Shown one piece after another: positions 40,311-54,972 of a DNA stretch of 64,000 nt. Position 1 is the stretch's first letter. Each line of letters starts with the position of its first letter. The DNA is taken from assembly GCF_006345805.1 (NCBI RefSeq), contig NC_042997.1, positions 124,496,001 through 124,560,000 of the forward strand, written 5' to 3'. Position numbers and translations under genes: made by a program. The DNA is from Octopus sinensis (taxonomy: Eukaryota). The notes beneath the pieces were generated by a model. It did no database searches. It was given only the letters and a program-made list of their open reading frames with translations, and had not been told where the DNA came from.

Positions 40311-41391
40311 ATCTTCAGTATTCAGTAGAAAGCATTCCTTCAGCTATCACACCGTAGAATGGATTCGAACCCTAAACCACATGACTACGAAGTAAATTTA
40401 ACTATTCCTGCATAATGTCTTTTTTATGTATTTATTTCTATCGGTCAAAAGTGATTCCGTTTTAAAAAAAATATGTTCGATATTTTCCAACACTTTTTGT
40501 CAATCAATTGAAATCTATAGCCCAAGGAAGCCATAATTGTACATCAAAGGGCACCATCGCCTTTCTCTCTGTCCATTCCTAAATGTTGCTCAACCATTTG
40601 CTTTTATGATCTTCCTATGCCTCTCCAACCGGGGATTTTCCATGCATGACTATATTCAATAGAGATCGGATGTCATGGTGTCAAATCACATGACTAAACT
40701 ACTTCATTTTACGCCTTTTAACAAATCACTGAAGAGTTTCGTGCTTAGCAGCTTTCCCAACATTTTTTCCTTAATACTCTCATCATTTCGCTGTTCTGTA
40801 CATAGAATCTCAGTATCTTTCATTTCAAAAGCATTTTCTATACAATCAATTAATTTCATTTTATTTTTTTTATTATTATTTCTTTAATTCATTTTTACGT
40901 TTGAAGATTAATCTACACGTATCAGTGTATAAGTTAATGTGTGCATGTGTCATATGTGAGAGGCTCATAGAATGCATACATAATTAAATATCTTTTTTTT
41001 TTCTTTACTTGACAGTTGAAATGAATCAACGGAGATGCTACTACGTGGTATTTGACGTCCAAATGATAGCAACAATTTTCGCTCAAATCTCACTTTACCA
41101 TTTAAAAGAAGTTACAGATGCAGCGTTTCTGAAAATAAGATGGAATAGTCAAGGCTGGAACAACTTTTGGTTATACATCTCTGCTCAATCAAATGTGATA
41201 AAAGCCAAAAATGGATTCTTCACCTCTATTGAATATAATTATAAATTAAATATTAACCAAAATATGTATTGTAATGATGTTGTCTGAAAATATAGGACAG
41301 ACCAGCACAGGATTGTTCTTTTTCTGACAGGATTGTTCTCCTTCTACGCATATTCTGCATTATAAATATTACTAAAAAAATACATATTTAC

Positions 41392-41585
41392 CTTGTGAAG
41401 AAGGCGCCGGTAAGCTGACGTTGATGACATCACGACGACTATATTACGAGTGGCTCCCTCTAGTTGATCGAGCTGTCGTAACATTTTATGTGTGTTTTCT
41501 ATGTCATCAACACGACGTACCACAACCTCAAGTGGGTCTGACGAATTATTGAAAGAGTCGTAGATATGTTGAAGATGAATTAAAC
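41392..41585 (-). CDS. GRIA: AMPA-like glutamate receptor ATD exon B
   Basis: Acceptor ctattctcag|GT, donor AAG|gtaaat; 194 nt, phase 1 to 0. Translates (G)LIHLQHIYDSFNNSSDPLEVVVRRVDDIENTHKMLRQLDQLEGATRNIVVVMSSTSAYRRLLHK, in frame with exon A. Absent from the ORF track. Confidence 0.9.
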
Positions 41586-41649
41586 CTGAGAATAGATAAC
41601 AACAGAAAAATTATATTTAAAATATTACCAGCAGTAACAAAAGAGATAA

Positions 41650-42380
41650 TGAAATATTTAAAAGTATTCCAAATTCAAGAAATCCCAAAATTAGATGAAT
41701 TAAGAACAAATGCAGAAAAGAACTAAATACATGAAAATCCTAACTAAAAATGCACTCTTAAATAATCTTACCATCAAATGGCAGGAAAATTACTTCATGG
41801 TAAATATCCAGAGAGATTTAACAATTCTGAAGTTGATAAAACTGTTACCCATCAGTGGTTAGCATCCTCTGGCTTAAAATTACAGATATATGTTTAAAAA
41901 AACACATCCTCAATCCATCGAGCATACCGTCTGTAGTTAAGGCTTTATACCCTCAGAATATTTCAAAAGGCATGATAAAGCTGCGCAATATATCGACTGG
42001 TTTAATTTACAAGTACCGGAACGTGCCCCTTCATAGATGATTACCTCAATTACCAGGAAATCCAAAAGTGGAAGAAACTCAGAAGATAGTACTTTTGGAC
42101 TCCACTTAAATCTTACGAAAAATAATACTATTTATATAACTTCAAAACAATCTTTTTACACATATCAAAAGCGCAATTTCTAAAACAATACCTCTTACGA
42201 ACCCAAAGTGGACAATTATAGCACAAATCCTGCCCAACTACATTCTTCACCCACAACATGACCGTTATCAACTATCATAGTCATAATGACAACTGGAAAT
42301 TATAACATGGTGTCTCTTGAGGTTTCTGGGTGAGACATGGATTCACTCATACAAACACGAAGTCAAGTCCAACATCACAA
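41650..42380 (+). mobile_element. Second R4/Dong-like LINE remnant
   Basis: Fragments LHGKYPE..VDKTVTHQWLASSGLK, EYFKRHDK and GNPKVEETQKIVLL..ILRK. Confidence 0.6.
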
Positions 42381-43420
42381 TACTAATTCTTTCTACTATA
42401 CGCACAAGGCCTGAAAGTTTGTGGAGAGGATGTTAGTCGGTTACAGCGGCGATCCCATTGTTTAAAAGGTATTTATTCCTTCGACCTTGAAAGTATGAAA
42501 GTCAAAGGTGACCTCGGCGGAAATAGTAATTCTTTATTTTTTTCCCCTAAATCTCATTCATTCACAGAAAAAGAATGTTAGGATTTTACAAATCCGTTGG
42601 AGTAAACAAAATGGATAAGATAAAAATGAAATGGAAAGCAAAGACGTTATAAAATATACAGACATTAACAAAATTATTCAAAATTAATAAGTGATTATAT
42701 GAGAATATGGATGTAATTTAAAGAAACAAGAAAACAATGGGATAGCCGAGCATCACACGGGTGAGAAACCAGGAACTAGTGTTGGTCAGATTATCCCATA
42801 TCCTTATTCTCCTGTCACTGCAAAATGCGCATGAGCATTTCCAATGTAGAGCAGGACTAAAAGCATTCAACGGCATTTCTGATATGACAGACCGTTGATG
42901 TCAATTATATGGCAGACCGTTGATGTAATCTTCAACTACATTTTATCATTTGACTATCTCACTCCTCCTTCCCACACATCACATCATCAACATTACTCTA
43001 CAAAACACACGCCCTTTGGTGCCAATACCACGTTACTTCCTTTCAAAACTTAAAAAAAACTTCCATTTTGTGAAGAGCGTTCTTCATATCATTTACACGT
43101 CTTTTGCTTTGATTCATTGGTTTGCTTTTGACTTGGTTATATGTTTAATGTCGCCGAAATATTTTCAAACCTGTCTATCCTCTACACGCCTCTCATCGTC
43201 ATCAAATGACAGGGTAATATTTCTGGAAGAGAGGAACACTCTGTTCTTCTCTGGTTGTTTGTAGCGGAGTCAGCTTCCTGATAAGATTACATGTTGTCGT
43301 TTCTTGGGAACTGTGGCGGGCCGAGTCTTTTTGCTATCTCCACAGTTGCGGCCGGTAGTGTTTTCTAAATAATGGATTCTACGTTTGATGCTTATTGATT
43401 ATTCACCTTGCTTCCTCTCT

Positions 43421-43530
<110 letters not shown>

Positions 43531-44975
43531 CACGGACGCACACAAACACACACAAACACTCTTTCACTCTCGCTCTTCTCCCTTTCATTCCCAGCTCCTG
43601 AGAACAGAATACCCACAAGTGTCTCTTCTTTCCCTTATATAACAGATGGATCTATTGATTTAAGGATCATAATGGACTGCCAGATCAGTGCCACAATAGT
43701 TAAGGCGAGCCAAGGGTCAATGCTTAACCCGATGTGCTACATTTTAACGCTTTATTGCTTTTTACCCATATATCGCGGCACGATCCTGTGGGCAGGTGTG
43801 TAGAAACATTAACTAAGCTTGTCAACTCACCACATCTTCAGTTTCGAAGACCAGGCAATCAATCTTGTATATCCTACCTTTGTATATGAAAATTACATCA
43901 TCCAACACAAGATCTACGTCTACCCTTCATTGCATTTTGACGGTACTCTATAAAGTCATTTGCTTTCCAAGTGACGGATGTACACCGTCTTTCGAAATGC
44001 ATACCACTTTTCTTTTTTAACTTGCTTCGATAAAATCGGTAGCGCAAGAGAGCAGAATTTCTTGTGATATAAATCTGTTTCAGTCTTTCTTTGTCAGAAA
44101 AACGCCCCTTATTCATAATTTCTTTTTAGCTTGTTGACATTAACAAAGCTGTTTTCGTCATTGTCTGCGATGCGAAAATTATTCGACTGCTACTAACGTC
44201 AGTCTCTATATTACACATTTGTTTCCTTGTGTTTGTCTGTAATTTCTGAGATGGCAATGTCTGCGCTGTGTTTGTAATTGCACCTGTTCGTTTAAATGTT
44301 ACAATTCGTTTCTTTGTTTGTCACTTTTTAAAACAGACTCTGTTTATAGCTTCATAATTTTCATCAATGTTTTTCTCTCGGAAAACTTCGGAGGCGCGAT
44401 CGTTGTTACCTCTTTTCTTGGTATCAACGCTCATCGTTATTTCAAACGGAGAAGCGATATTTTTTTTTTAATCCATATAAATAAATATTTTGTACAGCAA
44501 ATAAATGTTTGAAAGAGAAATAGTTTTGTCTACAGTGAATCAACAGCACAGACATTTGAAAGTTCCAGAAGCTCGCTGTTTCTATAAAAACCCGGAAAAG
44601 AAAAGCTTTCTTTCTCCCACTAAATAAAATTTGGACTCATTCGCTAAGAGTGAAGTAGGTTCGATATCATCTAAAGCGAAAAAGAAGAAGAAGAAGAAGA
44701 AGAAGAAGAAGAAGAAGAAGAAGAAGGGGAGGAGGAGGAGGGGAAGGAGGAAGAGCATGGGAAGGAGCAGGAGGAGGGGAGGGGAGGGGCAGGAGGAGGA
44801 AATGAGGAGGACGAGGAGGAGGACGATGAGAAGGAGGAGTAGGGGAAGAGGCAAAGAAGAAGAAGACGAAGAAGGAGAAGGAGAAGAAGAAGGAGAAGGA
44901 GAAGAAGAAGAAGAAGAAGAAGGAGAAGAAGGAGAAGGAGAAGAAGGAGAAGAAGAAGAAGAAGAAGAATAAGAA

Positions 44976-45006
<31 letters not shown>

Positions 45007-46004
45007 AAGAAGAAGAAGAAGAAGAAGAAGAAGAAAAGAAGAAGAAGAAGATTTACGCCGTTGTCGTTCACCCTTTCAAAAATACAGCTAAAATTTTGCT
45101 CAATTCATATTCAAACGTCAGCAAATAAAATGAAGCATTACAAAATTTCGTACTAAATTCACCGAAGAACCGGAGACATGGCTAGAATGTTGTCGATAAT
45201 ATATCTTGGTGATAAGGGCTGTCTTTGTACTAAAATGACAGCATAAACAACAGTAATTTGAACACTGAACTGGAAAGACAACTAATATCAAAGCAACGTT
45301 TGTTAAAACAACCAGTACAAACTGTAATTAATGAACTAGAGAGATTGTTGAAACTTAAGAAGATAAGGAACTAATTCAAAAATAATTGGAACACCTTACT
45401 AATAAGACAAGAGCCTTACGTTACAATCAAAGTTATCTGTCTGCAGTAAATAAAAGAATCTAGTGTCAATAATTCCAAGTGAAGAACGAATTATCAAAGC
45501 AAGTATTGTGTATGGATTTATCTTGTGTCTCTTATCTTGTACCATAAGCTATTGTTTGTTTCTGAGGTTGCCGACGCTGTCATCATTGTTGCTTTTTGGT
45601 GTCGTTGTTTAACTGCAGATCAGTTTCTCTTGGTCAGAAATGGGATCGCCGGCATTTCACCTTTATGAACCTGTCTTTTGTTCTGGGCATTGTAGTGTAC
45701 ACTAGATAACATTAACTAATCTATCCTCATTTAAGAAGTCGATGGAAACGCCGCCGCTATATACGTCAGTTTAACAAAGACAATGGCTTGAAGTTCCTCT
45801 TTTTAACTTATATTTCTAGAACTAAAGTTATCTTTACACACACACGCACATATACACACATACACAATTTTGTCTTCTGGTAACTGATGTAATATGTATA
45901 TATATATGCATAAATGTGAGTGAGTGTGTGTGTGCGTGGTACATATAATTATAGATATATGCAGGTATGTACATATGTATACGTTTTAGTGTGTGAGTGG
46001 CTGT

Positions 46005-46392
46005 GTGGCTGTGTGGTAAGTAGCTTGCTTTCTAACCATATGGTTCCGGGTTCAGTTCCACTGCGTGGCACTTTGGGCAAGTGTCTTCTACTATAGCTTC
46101 GGGCCGACCAAAGCCTTGTGAGTGGATTTGGTAGACGGAAACTGAAAGAAACCCTCGTATATATGTATATGTATATATATGTTTGTGTGTGTTTGCATGT
46201 CTGAGTTTGTCCCCCCAATATCGCTAGACAACCGATGCTAGTGTGTTTACGTCCCCGTAACTTAGCAGTTCGGCAAAAGAGACCGATAGAATAAGTACTA
46301 GGCTTACAAAGTCCTTTGGCGATTTGCTCGACTAAAGGCCGTGCTCCAGCAAGATCGCAGTCAAATGACTGAAGCAAGTAAAATAGTAAAAG
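46005..46392 (+). mobile_element. SINE family A
   Basis: tggctgtgtggtaag..gggttcagttcc head, central microsatellite and conserved 3' body. Confidence 0.82.
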
Positions 46393-47229
46393 ACTTTATG
46401 TATGTGTTTTTGAGCGAGTATGCGTAATAGATATATACATGTGTGTTTGTGTGTGTGTCTGTGTGTGTTTTCAAAACTATCAGCGCCAAGCATTGATTAG
46501 GAATACGCGAAATTTAAGTTAGAGAAAATATATTTGTGGCATATTTCAACTTTTAAAGGCAAATTCACTGCAGCTGCTATGGAGAAATATATTCTCTCTT
46601 ATGATAAAAGGTGTAAAAACATTAAATGTGCCCAGTGTTGGCCTCTATTGGATTCTAGGACGCAGCGTTTCTGTCACTTTAAGCATTCCTCAGTTGAAAA
46701 TAACGAACAGTGGTGACTCTAAGAAGATGTAAAACCGTAGCTTTAACTAAAACACAGTCCACACACACACACACATCGGCGACTAGACATCAATATCACA
46801 ATGAATTAGACTCCGTAAAAACTACCTACGAATTACGCGGGGATTGTTAAGTAGGGTAACAGATTAAGTCGCTTATTAGCAACAGTTCACACTCTTACAG
46901 GCTTGCAATAGCTTCCTTTAATTATACTGGAAAAACGTTGGTCGACAGAAAACTGAAGATAACCTCCATGATATTGTATGGATAAATTATATCTGAATGA
47001 TCTACCTAACTGTCAAGCGAACATCTTAACTATATATTAATATTTGTGAACTTTCCTTACCTACTCAACAATTCCTACACCGTGTTCTTAACCACGTGAC
47101 CATACAGTATATTCTTGGTCTTGTGTTGCATTTGTTTGCTTCACAGTAGATTGTTTTGGAAGTAATTTAATCTTTACACATATCAGAGTTCTTTAAATTT
47201 AATATTCTCCCACTTTTCATAAAGTAAAT

Positions 47230-47820
47230 AGAATTAGTTCGTTAGATTTTACTTTTGACTCAAATAAATTCTGTTATTTTCCACTAGAAAAAGTAACCCT
47301 TATTTTTATCTCAACGGCTTTCACTTACCTTTGACTTGACTAATCTTTCTTTTGCTCAGGAATTCACAACTTAACTTTATCTTTGATTCAGCAATCTTCC
47401 CTATCTTTCACTCAACAACCTTTCCTTAAGTTTCATTAAGCCAATACCCGTTAAATTTCACTCAACAAATTCCCCTTAAAGTTATCATAACAATCTTCAC
47501 TTGACTTTGATTCAACAACTTTCTGTTATCTTCGATTCGGTAATCCTCCACTGCTCCTTATCTCATACTGAACAACCTTTCCTTCATCTTTACTAAACAA
47601 ATAGCCATTTACTTTTCCATCAACACACTCCCCTTTTATTTGACTCAATAAATTCAATTCTTATCTCTAATTCAAATACCCCTTATCTCCGATTCAATAT
47701 CTTCGCCTTACCTTTGACCTAACATTCAGACCCTTTTGGCTTAACAGCTTTCAGTTCTCTTTGACAGAGCAAACTGCCGTTAGCATTGACACAATAACCT
47801 TCTCTTAACGTTAACTTAAC
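47230..47820. repeat. Highly degenerate ~25-bp tandem repeat
   Basis: Recurring tta(t/c)cttt(g/c)a(c/t)tcaacaa...ttcc-like units. Confidence 0.5.
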
Positions 47821-48754
47821 AACAAACAAAATCAATCAATGTATCTCAATCGTCTTGTGATCATGAAATTGTCGATATTTCACATTTCTTTAAAAAGAAA
47901 TTAAAATCGGTACATATTTAACTAAGAGAGATTGTAAATAAGAGAAAAAGGCAAAACAAAGTAAAAACGAATCCTTTAATCTCCAAAAGATTATTTTATG
48001 GCGCTTAATGAAACAGAAAACTAAAAGACGAACTTTATGCAAAGGAATTAACACATTAATTATTCACCACAGATGTAGAGTTAAATGATCTTATAATTAT
48101 ACATAAACATATGTATACATGTATACATATATCCATGTATACATATATCCATGTATACATATATACAAACATACATAGTAATGCATACATGCATACATAT
48201 ATATATATATATACATACATGCATACGTGCATGCAGACATACATACAAAACTACATGCATACACACATACATACATATATATATACATATATACATGCAT
48301 ACATACATACATACATACATTCATGCATACAAACATATATACATACATGCAGACATATAAGCATACATACATAATACATACATACATGCATTCATATATA
48401 CATACCCACATATACATACATGCATACATTCATGTATACATACATACATACATACATACATACATACATACATACATACATACATACATACATACATTGG
48501 CTACAACCCAATTTCGATTAGTACCATGGTTTGATTGTTCGCTTAAATATGACCAGAATGGACGTGGTTTTTCAATTCTGCTAGGGATTTACACTGTTTT
48601 GTACTGATATAGCTATGTTGGGTGCATCTTGCAATAAGTCTTAACAAATTGTTTTCCTGACGTTCACCTCTACATTACATTCGCTCTACTTTTTAAAACA
48701 TATTCTTTTCTATAACCACTGCAATTAGAGATGCAGTACAACACATAGTTAACA

Positions 48755-49055
48755 GGCGTGGCTGTGTGGTAAGAAGTTTGCATTCACATGGTCCGGGTTC
48801 AGTCCTACTAGGTAGCACCTTGGGCTAGTGTCATCAACTATAGCCTCGGAGGACCAAATCCTCGTGAATGGATTTGGCAGACGGAAACTGAACGAAATTT
48901 GTCATGTGTCACCTCTTGACACCGGTGTGGATGTGTTTATGTTCCTGTAATTTAGTGGTTCCTCAATGGAGTACGATAGAATAAAAAGAAGTGAGTCAGT
49001 TCATTTATTCGACTCAAATTTTTTCAAGGCGGTCAAATGACTGAAAAAGTGAAAG
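48755..49055 (+). mobile_element. SINE family A, diverged
   Basis: ggcgtggctgtgtggtaagaag head and a partial body. Confidence 0.7.
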
Positions 49056-49284
49056 CTAAATAAATACTCTGTCTGCGTGGCTCCTCAGATGACTTCTAAG
49101 GTCTGCCTTACCTAGACAGACACCTAGACACACACGTAAAACGTTAAAATAGATCGTGCCCCTAAAAACACAAGGAAGTTCACTTACTTACATATATACA
49201 TGCGAGTAGTGTAAATAACTGAGCGTGTGTATATGTGTACTGTAGTTAGGTGTGTAGTAAAGAATATATAACGTGAAGTGTGTT

Positions 49285-49437
49285 TGTGTGATAAGAAACT
49301 CGCTTCCAAATCACATCGTCCTGAGTTCAGTCCCATTGCGTGGCACTTTGGGCAAGTGTCTTCTACTATAGCCTCAGGTTGACCAAAGCCCTGTGAGTGG
49401 ATTTAGTAAACAGAAACTGAAAGAAGCCCGTCGTATA

Positions 49438-49500
<63 letters not shown>

Positions 49501-49748
49501 TATATATACGTATATGTGTGTGTATATGTTTGTGTGCCTGCGTTTGCCCCCCCCCCCCCTCAACATCGCTTGACAACCGATGCTGGTGTGTTTACGTCCC
49601 CGTAACTTATCGGTTCGGCAAAAGAGACCGATAGAATAAGTACTAAGCTTACAAAGAATAAGTCCTGGGGTCGTGTTGCTCGACCAAAGGCGGTGCTCCA
49701 GCATGGCCACAGTCAAATGACGGAAACAAGAAAAAGAGTAAAAGAGTA
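49285..49748 (+). mobile_element. SINE family A abutting the exon A splice donor
   Basis: The family A body ends aaaagagtaaaagagta immediately before acttac (the donor read on the minus strand). Confidence 0.82.
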
Positions 49749-49754
49749 ACTTAC

Positions 49755-50003
49755 CATCATCTGAATCGAAAATGTAGAAAATTCGCCTCCACCGATAGAA
49801 GTTGATCAGCTCTGTGATGGCTGGCATATAGGACGGGCTCATATGTATCTCAAATGGATAACTTGGCAGTTGATGTCTTGTAGCTACATTCAGAACGAAT
49901 ACGGGTAGATGCAAAGCATTACTATATGCTTGAACAACATGATGGGAAATTGGGTTGTTTAGTATAAAAAGTGCGAAAATACCCATAGCCGACTGAGAGC
50001 AAA
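49755..50003 (-). CDS. GRIA: AMPA-like ionotropic glutamate receptor, ATD exon A (first exon seen in window)
   Basis: Acceptor ctctttccag|TT, donor GATG|gtaagt; 249 nt, phase 1 to 1. Translates xCSQSAMGIFALFILNNPISHHVVQAYSNALHLPVF...INFYRWRRIFYIFDSDD(G), resembling the AMPA ATD 'CSQ.S.GV.AIF' and 'Y.W..F.Y.YD.D.G' segments. Confidence 0.92.
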
Positions 50004-50164
50004 CTGGAAAGAGAATTAAAATAGAGAAATTAGATTAATACAGGGAAATAATTTATATTATGAATGTATACATCAATAAACATTTCAAATTTCTCTGCAA
50101 TATAAAAATGTGCTGTAATGTAAAGATAAATACATATATACATACATATATATATATCCTTATG

Positions 50165-50539
50165 GTCCACAAGGTCTACACATAGAGGGGACAAACAAGG
50201 ACCAGCAACTGCGTAAGTGGTGCTTATTTAAACGACCCCGAAAGAATGAAAGGCAAAGTCAACCTCGGTGGAATTTGAACTCAGAACGTAACGGCAGAAG
50301 AAATATCTATTTCTTTACTGCCCACAAGGGGCTACACACAGAGGGGACAAACAAGGACAGACAAACGAATTAAGTCGATTATATCGAACCCAATGCGTAG
50401 CTGGTATTTATTTAATCGACCCCGAAAATATGAAAGGCAAAGTCGACCATGGCAGAATTTGAACTCAGAACGTAGCGGCAGACGAAATACCGCTAAGCAT
50501 TTCGCCCAGCCTGCTAACTATTCTGACAGCTCGCCGCCC
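50165..50539 (-). mobile_element. Two adjacent or nested SINE family B copies
   Basis: Homology to 13694-13931. Confidence 0.75.
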
Positions 50540-51346
50540 TTAAAGAAGAATGTAAATAGGCACGAGTATTACTGAGTGAGTAAAAAGCTTCGAGATCGGT
50601 TCTGCTGAGCGGTACCGTGGGCAAGTGTTTGTTATTATAACCTCTGGCCGACAAACGTCTTACATTCTAATTTGATAGACGGAAACTGTGTAGAAATCCG
50701 TATATAAATAAATATATGTTTTATTTGTGTTTTCCCCCACCGAGAGGTGTTGGTTTGTTTACATGTCTGTAACTTTGGGATTCGGCAAAAGAAACTAGTA
50801 ACTTAAATGCCAGATTTTAGAAAAAGCACAAATTGCTTAAATCTCCGTTTGTGCCAAAATAATGTAATTCATTAGTAAAGCTAGTGACACATCTACTGAC
50901 CAACTAACATTTTCACCAATCTATTTTGTTTCGTAAACCCTTAAAAAAAATACAAGCCTAAGACCTGCAGCTGACACACCAAAACGAACACACCTGATTA
51001 GAAATTCTACTTGTATGACTGAATTCTGAACATTAAAATAATTCCAAATTTAATCAATAAAATCTTCCATCACCACCAACCCTAAAACTTAATTAACAAT
51101 GAACAGTGCTCCACTTACCCCAGAAAATTTTAATTTAGCAGAAACTATATAAAGCCAAGATGAACTCGAACGTAACGGTAACTGCTTATGGTTCAGCGAG
51201 CCGAAACTTCGAAGTTACAATCGATAATATTCTTGCTAAAGAATAATAAATAAGTACCAAAAGTACTGAGTAATCTTTCAGTTTAAGGTATAATATTCTA
51301 TCATAACTTGACATAAAAAAAAATCGTTAATGTCTGTTTGAATGTA

Positions 51347-51845
51347 CAGTAATCCCTCGACATATCGCGGTTCATTTATCGCGGTTCACCTATCGCGGTT
51401 TATTAATTAAGGTTACGTCGATTCCTCCGTGGTGTTGTTTTGCATTTATAATAAAATGAATATACACAAATTATAAAAATAAAATAAATATAAGCAATAA
51501 TAAATCTCTGAGCGAGGTATAAACCGCAGCTGCACAACATTGTGAAGTATATTTGCCACATAAATGTGGCTAACCACTAAGGTTGGATGCTACTGTAGCT
51601 TGTATATCCAGGAGGACACCTCATCCAGCTGGCTATTGACACACTTTCTGTGCCCTATCAGTATTTTCAAAGGGAACCCATCTTTCCCATGGTCAACCTG
51701 TATGATACACACGGACTCGAGTTTCTGGGCATTGACCCGTCATCAGCGTATATATATACAGTACAGTGCTGTTTCTACTTCGCGGACTTTCTCCTCTTGC
51801 GGGTTTTTTGGGAAAGTCGCACCAGCGATAGTCAAGGGATTACTC
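51347..51845. mobile_element. Tigger/pogo-like MITE with a nested hammerhead element
   Basis: Terminal inverted repeats (TIRs) cagtaatccctcgacatatcgc / gcgatagtcaagggattactc, flanked by TA. Confidence 0.7.
51707..51753 (-). ncRNA. Minimal type I hammerhead ribozyme motif with palindromic stem III
   Basis: Minus strand atatacg CTGATGA c-gggt-caat-gccc-a GAAAC tcga GTC cgtgtgt: 7-bp stem I with G-U pairs, ACTCGAGT palindrome. Confidence 0.8.
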
Positions 51846-53059
51846 TATACTTATAATATAAACACGATCAAACTTGAATTTCTTGAGTGGCCTTCGTCAG
51901 AGACTCTGACAAAGCCTACTAAGCCAAAGTCATGGTCGAACATTATCAATAATTTTGTAAATATGTGTGTGTGTTTGTGTGTTTGTGTGTATATGTTTTC
52001 GGGTGAAAATTTATTTTGAAATAAAGATTTACTCAGTTTATGATGTTCTTTAGTCACAGGATCTCAAATTCCAGTAAATCTATAAACAAAACTCTATAAT
52101 CAAAGCCGTAACTAATTCAGTAAAATATAGTTAGGTATGTATTAGTTTTACTTCTTGAATATATAAACTGATTGGAGGAGAGCTTTATCTGCTCTTTGTA
52201 GCATATCAGGCAAGTCCGCAGCAGCTCACTTATCGGTTGCATCTCTCAATTATTAGCTGAGTCATAGAAAAGGTTACAAAAGCAGAGAAAACTTTACACG
52301 AAAATTAGATTGGGTCGACGAGAACTAACGAACGCCGCATAATGGCGCCCGTCTCACAATTTTATTAAGATATCGTTAATGAATTTGGTCTTGATCATTT
52401 TGATGTTCCTCAGTACAAGAGCCAAAATATGCATCAGCCAGCAATGTGGAAGTTTGGTTGGGTTGCGGTAGAATGGATTGCTAATGGCTTATGTGATAAC
52501 AGGCAGCAACAATGTTGATGAAAACTAAATGAAAATAATCATGATAAATTAATTCGATATTTTTTCTGGTTTTTTTTTTAACGAAAACTAGGTCTCCCTC
52601 AACACCCGCTATCTTGAATTAAAATGGAAATATGGAATAGTCAGAGAGGCGCCCATAAATTAGTTGGCAGAATTTAGTACTACACATGCTCGCACGCGCC
52701 AACACATACGCACCTGCGCACAAGGATACATGCATACACATATAAATGTGTGCGTGTATGTATGTGTGCATGTGTGTGCGTCTGCATACATGCTTCCAAT
52801 CATTATTACATAAGGGTATGTATTAATATGCTCTCTCTCTCTATATATATATAGAGAGAGAGAGAGTGAGAGAGAGAGTATTATTATTATCATTAATATT
52901 ATCATTTATATATATATGTATATCTATATATACATAAACATAGATATCTATACATATATATATATATATATTATATATATATATTATATATATATATATA
53001 TCTGTGTGTGTGTATGTGTGTGTGTGTGTGTATACATAGAAATAGAGAGAAGGGGATAT

Positions 53060-53114
<55 letters not shown>

Positions 53115-54639
53115 TAGAGAAAGTGGTATATAGAGAGAGAAAGTGAGAATATATGTGTGTTTGTGTGGTGTGCATATGGAAGTATATATGATTATGTACA
53201 TGTGTGTATTTTTATGCATTTATCACAAGTGCATTTATATGTGCATGTACAGATATACATACGTACAAACACGTATACTTATTTGCATACGAATAAACAC
53301 ACATATACTTAAGTGCATACGGATGTTACACTCACAGAGTTAATAACGCAGCTTTGTAGCCACAGTAACGTGTTCACACGTAGCATACTTACAGCGTTTG
53401 CATAAAAAGAAACACGCACACATATACACACACGAGCACAAAATTATATGTATAAAAAAATTATGCACGAGGACATCGTTATAACATACACAGTTAAACG
53501 TAAGATATTGTGTATTTAAAAGCAAGAGGACAGTTTCAAATAACTTGAGTATAAACCAACTATCATTCATACATACATAAATAAACGCGCGTACGCCCAC
53601 ACGCACGCACGCTCATACAAACACACACACACATGTATAATCTCTACGTGTTTTCCCCAATTGCAAGTGCATTTAATTAGAGCCAATTCATGCATGACTT
53701 TTAATGGAATATTTTTCAATGTCAGATTTTAAGATGGCTTTAATCTTAACAGTTTACCGAAAGAATATATTTTGAGTTGGGAAATCTCTACGTGATTAGA
53801 GCCAAGGATTTCGATCATAAAAATGCGTTTGCATTTCACATGTATTTTAATAGAATAATTAACAGGCTTAACAAGCTCAATAAATCTAGAAAAGCTGCGC
53901 GGAGGACGTCCAAAATGGTAGACAATCATGTTAGCATAGCCACAAAATATTCCCGAAGAGATTTCTATTTGCTCGCTCTGCTCGATAGGCATAATAGCTA
54001 AATCTCCATTTAGGCAATAAACAGAATATATATACAGGATAATCTTGGCAAGAACACCTTTAATTTAAGTATAAACTGTCTAGTCGAGAACAACAAGAGT
54101 ATACATACAACAATAACGGCAGACACAATATACACTGAATTTTTAATACGCGATATATTAACTGGAGGCCAACTGACATCTCTGAAGCGTCATGTTAATG
54201 GTGAGTGTTATATTATATTCCAGTGTTGAGTTTCAGTAACTGTCAAGAGTATACCCTTCAAAACATTGTCCCCTGTCATGTCTATTTAAATTGAATATAT
54301 TGCAAGAAGATAATATATTTAGCGACTGCATGTGATCCAATAGGATTTGTTCTAAAATCTCATTTAGATAATACAATATTATTGCGTCAAGTAATAGACA
54401 GCATTTATGAACGGTTTCTTACAAGATACAATATTTGTGAGCAGTTTGTTTGATATTGGATTCTAGTTTCATTCTAGACCTTCGAATATATGCATTGTGT
54501 TGTGGGGTATGCATGTATATATATAAATATATATGTATATTATATATAATATATTATATATTATATATAAATATAATGTATTATATATATATATATATTA
54601 TATATTAATATATATATATATATATATATATATAATACT

Positions 54640-54778
54640 TTTTTAAAAGCAGCAGAAATATAACAAACTCTGAGTAACAGCTTTTGTTATATTACTGCTG
54701 CTTTTAAATAAAGCATATTACTCTACCTCTTGTAATTGAGTACTCTTTTTTCCACCTTGTTTACATTTATGTGCTTAC

Positions 54779-54829
<51 letters not shown>

Positions 54830-54972
54830 CTTTATTTAAAAGCAGCAGATATCTAACAAACTCTGAGTACAGCTTTGTTATATTTCTGCTGCTTTTAAAT
54901 AAAGCATATTACTCTACCTCTAGTAATTGAGTACTCTTTTTTCCACCTTGTTTCACATTTATGTGCTTACTC

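Noticed and set aside
49366-49986. 206-aa ORF as a stand-alone gene
   Set aside because: Only the part within exon 49755-50003 is coding; the rest reads through a SINE and (TA)n.
51870-51905. Minus-strand CTGACGA...GAAAT
   Set aside because: No pairing stem II, no stem I partner and no NUH site found.
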